A DNA stretch of 64,000 bases, taken from positions 1-64,000 of the IMG/VR virus record IMGVR_UViG_3300038620_000134; one strand, given 5' to 3'. The first letter of the stretch is position 1; each line of letters starts with the position of its first letter. This DNA is from a virus. Both the position numbers and the translations under genes were made by a program. This document shows, in pieces, positions 58,295 to 64,000 of this stretch. The notes under the pieces were generated by a model. It had not been told where the DNA came from. It did not search any database and worked only from the letters and a program-made list of their open reading frames with translations.

Positions 58295-61200
58295 ATGGCA
58301 GAAGTCGCAACTAATTTTAACGTTAATCTTGATAGATACAAAGCATCTGGCGTATATTTAGCTGAAATAGATCGTTCAGCCGAACAACAACAAACTGCAA
58401 GCCCAACAACTCGTGTTGTAATTGGTTTTTCCCGTAAAGGCCCCGTTATGACACCTGTTTATTTGGAACGCAAAGAAACAGCACGTGATGTTTTTGGTGA
58501 AATTGATGAATCACTTGAAAGAAAAGGGTCATTTTTTCACAGAACTATTGATACTTGCCTGAATGAAGGACCTGTTTTTGCAATTAACATGATTCCATTT
58601 GTTAATGAAGTTGATGACTTAGGCAATCCAACTGCCGATGCTGATGTTGCTCCATATAGGTCTTTTTCAACTGATGTTACTGGTGATAACGGACGCGGTG
58701 AATGGGACACACCCACACCATCTCCAGATGTTTTTCCATTCAATCATCCTCGGTTTTCGGGTTACAATCTAAGACTTTATACAAGTTACTATAACAAAGA
58801 ACGTTTTTGGTTTCCAAGTGTAGATAATCTTTTAGCAACTCGCGTTGATGAAGATAAAGTTACAAATCTAAATGGTAGAGTAATTGGTGGAAAAATTCTT
58901 AACTTTGTTAATCTGGGCAAAACACCTATAACTGTTTTTGTAAGAAAAGCACCATCAAATAAAACTGATGGTTTTAGATTAACTGCTCGTGAATGGTATG
59001 AAGATAACGAAGATATTCCACCTTTTGTTAAAGAGTCTGATTATATATCAGATTACTTTTTAGAAGTAATATTAGTAAAAGGTAATTTTGGAAAGTCTTC
59101 ATATGAAGATTTAAGTAATGATCAGTTTTTAAATCCCTATTTTACAGAAAATGGAATAATTGCTGATAAGTTTGATGAACTACTTGATAGCAATTTAATT
59201 CCTGTAATTTCTCGATTTGTTGGAACCATTATTCCAAACTTCCGAGATAAGCAAGATATTGACTGGTTTATAGAAGATATAATTAACCGCCAATTTGCAA
59301 GAACTGGATTATTTTGTGCTGTTGACACAAATGAACTTGATCGCTATGAAACAGGGCAAAATGATTACTATGTAGATTTTGTAGGTCACAGACTTTTAGA
59401 CACAAGTAACTTTACTGAAAATAATCCAGACTGGAATGGTAACATTGACTTCTTAAGCTACAGAACTCCATTCAAAGAGAATCTTAAATATGAACAAGTT
59501 TCTTTGCCTATTAATATGGCCAATCCGAATTCTATTTTTGCTGGTGATGCTAATTTTACCAGTGATAGTGTTTCTGAATTAAGTAATGATGATTTAATTT
59601 CTAATAATGTTATTGAATTTTTAGAAAATCAAAATTCCGATAGCAGATTTTCATTTTACATTTATGATACAATAGATCAAGCAACAGGTAGTTATTACGC
59701 CAATTCACTTTTTGATAAGCTTAGTAATTTAACTCCTAATGATTCTTATATTGTTTTAGATATTGTTTTAGATGACAATAATGTAAATACACCACCTGTA
59801 ACAACTAAGCTTTACACTCAAGTTAAAAAGCTACTTCAACAAAATGTTGGAAATCAAACTGCCATTAAAGTTGAAGTTGAAAACTTGACTGATGTTAGTG
59901 GAAGCACTAACATGGAACCATATACAAATATAAGTTTAGAAAGTGGTGCCTTTACCCATCTGGTTTTTGAAAGAGATGGTTTTAATGCTGGTATTGGATC
60001 ATCTCCCACCTTCTTATATGCGAATAAAAATTCAAAATTATATCAAGATTGGAAAAATGGTGTTATTGCCGATGGTGATAAAGTGTTCCATGATATTGGC
60101 TCCACCAATGATACATATTTTGATGAATTTTACACCATTGAGTTTGAACAAACAAAAGACCCAAACTTTAAGGATCTTGTTTTGAAAGTTAACTTCTTTA
60201 ACCCGAATGGAAGTTCCTTTAACATTTCTAATCTTATTTTCCAAGCTGGTGAAAACTATGTTAAAAATTCAAATAATCCTGATGCAACAAGTCCAGCAGC
60301 TTTAACACCAAATCAAGCTGGTTACTTAAATGTTGTTTCTAATAGTGGAAGTCTTAATACTTATGTTGATTATCAAGCATTTCCCGATACCAGTGTTAAA
60401 AATCGAGTGTTAATACCTGATATACCAGCATGGAGAGATGATGCACGACCTGGTAACTTTATTCGGGCTAAGGATCGTAATGATAATCCCATCCTTGCCC
60501 GTATTACTAGAGTTCGTGGTGGTTATGAATACAATGGAATGAAATGGTTAAATGTAGAAAGTGTTGCAAGAATTGAACCATTTGAAGTTTTTGGAACACC
60601 CGAAACTACACCACAGGGATATACAATAAAAGGAACTGTAGAAATTTGGCGCCCTATTGAAAATAGTATCAAGTATATTGATGGTACTTATTTGAATGGA
60701 CTTCAACTAAATGATAATCACATACCAAAACCGAATGAAAGTTATGTTAGAGAATTTTATAAGCTGTTAGAAGATACGAATCTTAAAGAAGCTCTTTCAG
60801 ATAAAAATCAAATTACATGGAGGTATGTAGTAGATACATTTAACCAAGGACTTGATGAAATGTCTGGCGGTAAACAATATCTTACACGTCTTGCTAAAAG
60901 CCGTTGGAAAGCATTGGCATTTGTTAATGCTCCATCCATTCAAGAATTTATTGATAGTACTGACCCAATTTTTACTGAACTGCCAACGCCTAGAAGCCCA
61001 CGCCCAACGCTAAAAACTGAATACATAGCAACGGGTGGTAACTTAGATCAAAATCCAAACAGGATTTATTCGTTGCCAGATTTTGATAATGGTGCGAGTC
61101 ATTCTGGTTTCTTTATTCCAAATATTATAATTCGAGATGGTAACAAAACAGTTTCTGTTCCACCTGCTGCATACATTTCAAATCTTTATGTAAGAAAGTT

Positions 61201-61744
61201 CAAAAATGGTAATCCATTTCAAGCAATTGGTGGTAATAGAAAGGGTAGAATTACTGGTGCTAACATATCTGGATTAGAGTATGACTTTACCAAATCAGAT
61301 AGGGCCAATATAGAACCCTTTGGACTAAATCCAATGGTTAAACGACCAGATGGGTCTATTGTTGTAATGGGTGAAAGAACAGCGTATCAACGCGTTAATT
61401 CTCAACTAAACGGATTGCATGTTCGGGATGTTCTTATTTCAATTGAAATTCAAATTGAGAATATATTGGAAACTTATCTTTTTGAACCCAATGATGATGC
61501 AACAAGAAACGCAATTGAAAATGAAATTAGTTCATATCTTGAAACTGTTTTTGTAAATGATGGCATTCGACAAAATTATGAGGTGAAAATGGATTCTTCA
61601 AACAATGGGCCGGATGTTATTTCAGAAAACTTTGGCATTGTTGATGTTAAAGTTGAACCCGTTGGTGCTATTTACAAATATCTTAACAGGGTTTCTATTT
61701 TACCAAGTGGTGGACTAAATTCATCTGGATTTCAACCCGCTTAA
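58295..61744 (+). CDS. Contractile tail sheath protein (T4 gp18-like) with large insertions
   Basis: SGVYLAEIDRS, GFSRKGPV..P, VPPAAY, G.RKG.I, GLNP, GERT, LHVRDVL and LFEPND..TR. Confidence 0.93.
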   Translation: MAEVATNFNVNLDRYKASGVYLAEIDRSAEQQQTASPTTRVVIGFSRKGPVMTPVYLERKETARDVFGEIDESLERKGSFFHRTIDTCLNEGPVFAINMIPFVNEVDDLGNPTADADVAPYRSFSTDVTGDNGRGEWDTPTPSPDVFPFNHPRFSGYNLRLYTSYYNKERFWFPSVDNLLATRVDEDKVTNLNGRVIGGKILNFVNLGKTPITVFVRKAPSNKTDGFRLTAREWYEDNEDIPPFVKESDYISDYFLEVILVKGNFGKSSYEDLSNDQFLNPYFTENGIIADKFDELLDSNLIPVISRFVGTIIPNFRDKQDIDWFIEDIINRQFARTGLFCAVDTNELDRYETGQNDYYVDFVGHRLLDTSNFTENNPDWNGNIDFLSYRTPFKENLKYEQVSLPINMANPNSIFAGDANFTSDSVSELSNDDLISNNVIEFLENQNSDSRFSFYIYDTIDQATGSYYANSLFDKLSNLTPNDSYIVLDIVLDDNNVNTPPVTTKLYTQVKKLLQQNVGNQTAIKVEVENLTDVSGSTNMEPYTNISLESGAFTHLVFERDGFNAGIGSSPTFLYANKNSKLYQDWKNGVIADGDKVFHDIGSTNDTYFDEFYTIEFEQTKDPNFKDLVLKVNFFNPNGSSFNISNLIFQAGENYVKNSNNPDATSPAALTPNQAGYLNVVSNSGSLNTYVDYQAFPDTSVKNRVLIPDIPAWRDDARPGNFIRAKDRNDNPILARITRVRGGYEYNGMKWLNVESVARIEPFEVFGTPETTPQGYTIKGTVEIWRPIENSIKYIDGTYLNGLQLNDNHIPKPNESYVREFYKLLEDTNLKEALSDKNQITWRYVVDTFNQGLDEMSGGKQYLTRLAKSRWKALAFVNAPSIQEFIDSTDPIFTELPTPRSPRPTLKTEYIATGGNLDQNPNRIYSLPDFDNGASHSGFFIPNIIIRDGNKTVSVPPAAYISNLYVRKFKNGNPFQAIGGNRKGRITGANISGLEYDFTKSDRANIEPFGLNPMVKRPDGSIVVMGERTAYQRVNSQLNGLHVRDVLISIEIQIENILETYLFEPNDDATRNAIENEISSYLETVFVNDGIRQNYEVKMDSSNNGPDVISENFGIVDVKVEPVGAIYKYLNRVSILPSGGLNSSGFQPA

Positions 61745-61765
61745 ACTTTTTACCTAGGATCGTTG

Positions 61766-61800
61766 AAGGGAAGAAATAATATTATTTTCTTCCCTTTTTT
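61766..61800 (+). terminator. Intrinsic terminator after the sheath gene
   Basis: AAGGGAAGAAA...TTTCTTCCCTT followed by TTTT. Confidence 0.75.
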
Positions 61801-61814
61801 ATATAAATAAAATA

Positions 61815-61919
61815 TCAGAAAGTATTAACTGTAATTTTAATTGTATTAACAATAAAAAAAAAGAATTTACAGAAGAAGTTAAGGATGTTATAAATGTTGA
61901 AGGAGAAATAGGGGTTTAA
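61815..61919 (+). pseudogene. Remnant of an LRR-gene terminal repeat and cap
   Basis: Reads SESINCNFNCINNKKKEFTEEVKDVINVEGEIGV*, versus PEKVGGDFYCGKNKKDFTKEDVKAVSDVEGEIKV*; TATAAATA at 61802; no ATG. Confidence 0.7.
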
Positions 61920-61937
61920 TAAATAAAAAAAATAATA

Positions 61938-63761
61938 ATGCGAATAAAATCTTTCCAAGAATACATTAATTCGAGTTCCATTGATGAAGCACTCCATCCA
62001 AGTCAAGCTAAATCTTATATTAAAGCATGGAAAGAAGCTGGAGGTGAAAAATTTTATCGTGACATCTTTGGAAAGAAAGAAAATGGAAAACCCAAATATA
62101 GACTTTACTTAGAACTCGAAGAGTCTGAAGAACAAAAACAAAAGATAAGTAAAGATGTTAGAGATAGAATCAATAAAGCTTTAGAATATACAAACTATGA
62201 AGTTGAAAATTTTAATAAGAATATAGCGGTTTCGGATAAAAGAACAACCAGTATTATAAAAGTTTTAATGAAAGATAGTGGTCTTAAAAAGAGTGATATA
62301 AATGTTCAAAAGTTAAAAAGTGATTACGAAAAAGAACTTAATAAGAAATCAACTCAGAGAAAACAAGATAACTATCTTGTAGTGATTTCGCGTCATCCAT
62401 ACGATATTGCTGGAATGAGCACGGATAGAGGTTGGACTAGTTGTATGGACTTAGATACTGGAGGTCAAACATTTCATATAATGGAAGATGTTAAAAAGGG
62501 AACTATAATTGCATATCTTATTAAAAAAGATGACTTGAATATAAACAACCCTGTTGCACGGGTTTTAATAAAACCTTATGTTAGTGAAGATAGTGAAGAA
62601 ATTGCTTTATTTAGAGATAATTATAAAGAAATTAAAGGAGAACCAGTAAAGGGATTTAAAGAAACAATTGATGCTTGGCTAGAAAAGAATCAAAAGTTGA
62701 GTAAAAGTAAGTACAAACAACTTAAAGGACTATATGACGAGGGAAGATGTGCTTATAATCCAGATGCTTCAATTGAAGCTATATTAAATGATTTTGTTAA
62801 AGGAACTTTTGAAGTAGATGGAAACACAATTAGTGTTAATGGGGATGTAAATTTACGTAGAAAACTTGAAGTTTTTAAAAAAATTACAAAAAACTATAAG
62901 TTTGGATATGTTAGTGGTGATTTTTACTGTTCTAATAACGACTTAACTTCTCTTGAGGGTGCTCCTGAAGAAGTAGGTGGTAATTTTAATTGTGAGTATA
63001 ACAAATTAACATCCCTTGAAGGTGCACCTGGAGAAGTTGGGGGTGATTTTGATTGTAAATTTAATAATTTACGAACACTTGAAGGTTCACCTGAAAAAGT
63101 TGGGAGTAATTTTAGTTGTATATTTAATAAATTAACAACTCTTGAAGGTGCACCTGGAGAAGTTGGGGGTGATTTTGATTGTTCCCATAACAATTTAGCA
63201 TCCCTTGAAGATGCACCTAAAAAGGTTGGGGGTGAATTTAATTGTCTTGGTAATAGTTTAACATCCCTTAAAGGTGCCCCTGAAAAAGTTGGGGGTAAAT
63301 TTAACTGTAGTGGAAACCAATTAACATCACTCGAAGGTGCTCCTGAAAAGGTTGGGGATAATTTTATTTGTAGATCTAATAAATTAACTTCCCTTGAGGG
63401 TGCTCCTGAAAAGGTTGGGGGTAGTTTTATTTGTTATAGGAATGATTTAACATCCCTTAAGGGCACACCTAAAAAGGTTGGGGATGATTTTTATTGTATG
63501 AATAATAAATTAACATCCCTTGATGGAGGACCTGAAGAAGTTGGGGGTCGTTTTGATTGCTCTCATAATAAATTAACTTCCCTTGATGGTGCTCCTAAAA
63601 AAATTGGAAGTGATTTTAGTTGTACGTTTAACAAATTAACATCTCTTCAAAGTGCACCCGAAAAAGTTGGAGGTGATTTTGATTGTAGATTTAATAGAGA
63701 AAATTTTACAAAAGAAGATGTAAAAGCTGTTTCTGATGTTGAAGGTGAAATAAAAGTTTAA
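61938..63761 (+). CDS. LRR protein paralog (12 repeats + cap)
   Basis: Same N-terminal domain; 12 repeats counted. Confidence 0.9.
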   Translation: MRIKSFQEYINSSSIDEALHPSQAKSYIKAWKEAGGEKFYRDIFGKKENGKPKYRLYLELEESEEQKQKISKDVRDRINKALEYTNYEVENFNKNIAVSDKRTTSIIKVLMKDSGLKKSDINVQKLKSDYEKELNKKSTQRKQDNYLVVISRHPYDIAGMSTDRGWTSCMDLDTGGQTFHIMEDVKKGTIIAYLIKKDDLNINNPVARVLIKPYVSEDSEEIALFRDNYKEIKGEPVKGFKETIDAWLEKNQKLSKSKYKQLKGLYDEGRCAYNPDASIEAILNDFVKGTFEVDGNTISVNGDVNLRRKLEVFKKITKNYKFGYVSGDFYCSNNDLTSLEGAPEEVGGNFNCEYNKLTSLEGAPGEVGGDFDCKFNNLRTLEGSPEKVGSNFSCIFNKLTTLEGAPGEVGGDFDCSHNNLASLEDAPKKVGGEFNCLGNSLTSLKGAPEKVGGKFNCSGNQLTSLEGAPEKVGDNFICRSNKLTSLEGAPEKVGGSFICYRNDLTSLKGTPKKVGDDFYCMNNKLTSLDGGPEEVGGRFDCSHNKLTSLDGAPKKIGSDFSCTFNKLTSLQSAPEKVGGDFDCRFNRENFTKEDVKAVSDVEGEIKV

Positions 63762-64000
63762 CAGAATAAATAAAGAAAACTAAAATGATTAATAATAATA
63801 TATTTCGTTTTTTAACACAAGGGAGGGGTCCAAACTATTATGAAAGAAACTACTCAAATTCTTATAATAAATTTGGTAAACGGTTATATAATGTATATCG
63901 AAAAAGAAATGACAATTTATTAAATACTGGCTTTGAATATAAAGGCAAAATATTTCAAAAAACAATTTCACCTATTATTTACAATGATCCAGTAAGAAAA

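Noticed and set aside
374-63761. Classical diversity-generating retroelement driving LRR variation
   Set aside because: No reverse transcriptase in the window, and repeat-to-repeat differences involve all four bases. Only the orphan-versus-63147 comparison is adenine-biased, so it is kept as a hypothesis only.
1-64000. Stop-codon reassignment (genetic code 15 or 4) as in some Bacteroidota jumbo phages
   Set aside because: Core genes are full length under the standard code, coding density is high, and no suppressor tRNA is present. The TAG at 21539 and the TGA at 38185 have local explanations.

Overview
AT-rich segment of a T4-related jumbo myophage. Recognisable genes are gp18 tail sheath, gp5-like spike, gp32 SSB, gp44 clamp loader, UvsW, a dNMP kinase and 4 tRNAs. 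The host is probably a Bacteroidota member, judged from TAnnTTTG promoter elements, A-rich leaders without Shine-Dalgarno, and a Bacteroidota-type hypothetical gene. Late modules (about 1-15.4 kb and 41-64 kb, TAAATA promoters) flank an early/accessory region (about 17-41 kb, TTGACA-N17-TAnnTT promoters). Two systems stand out. (1) A catalytically intact, transposase-less TnpB whose omegaRNA 3' hairpin is a degenerate copy of the repeat of an adjacent 4-repeat CRISPR-like array, i.e. a candidate TnpB-to-Cas12 intermediate; one spacer looks like a phage late promoter plus start codon. (2) Five paralogous 21-aa LRR proteins with 3-12 repeats, hypervariable at the predicted binding face and carrying a T4-like capsid-targeting N-terminus, plus orphan non-coding LRR fragments, which suggests an injected, recombination-diversified binder repertoire. 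All protein calls come from motif recognition by eye; no database search was run.
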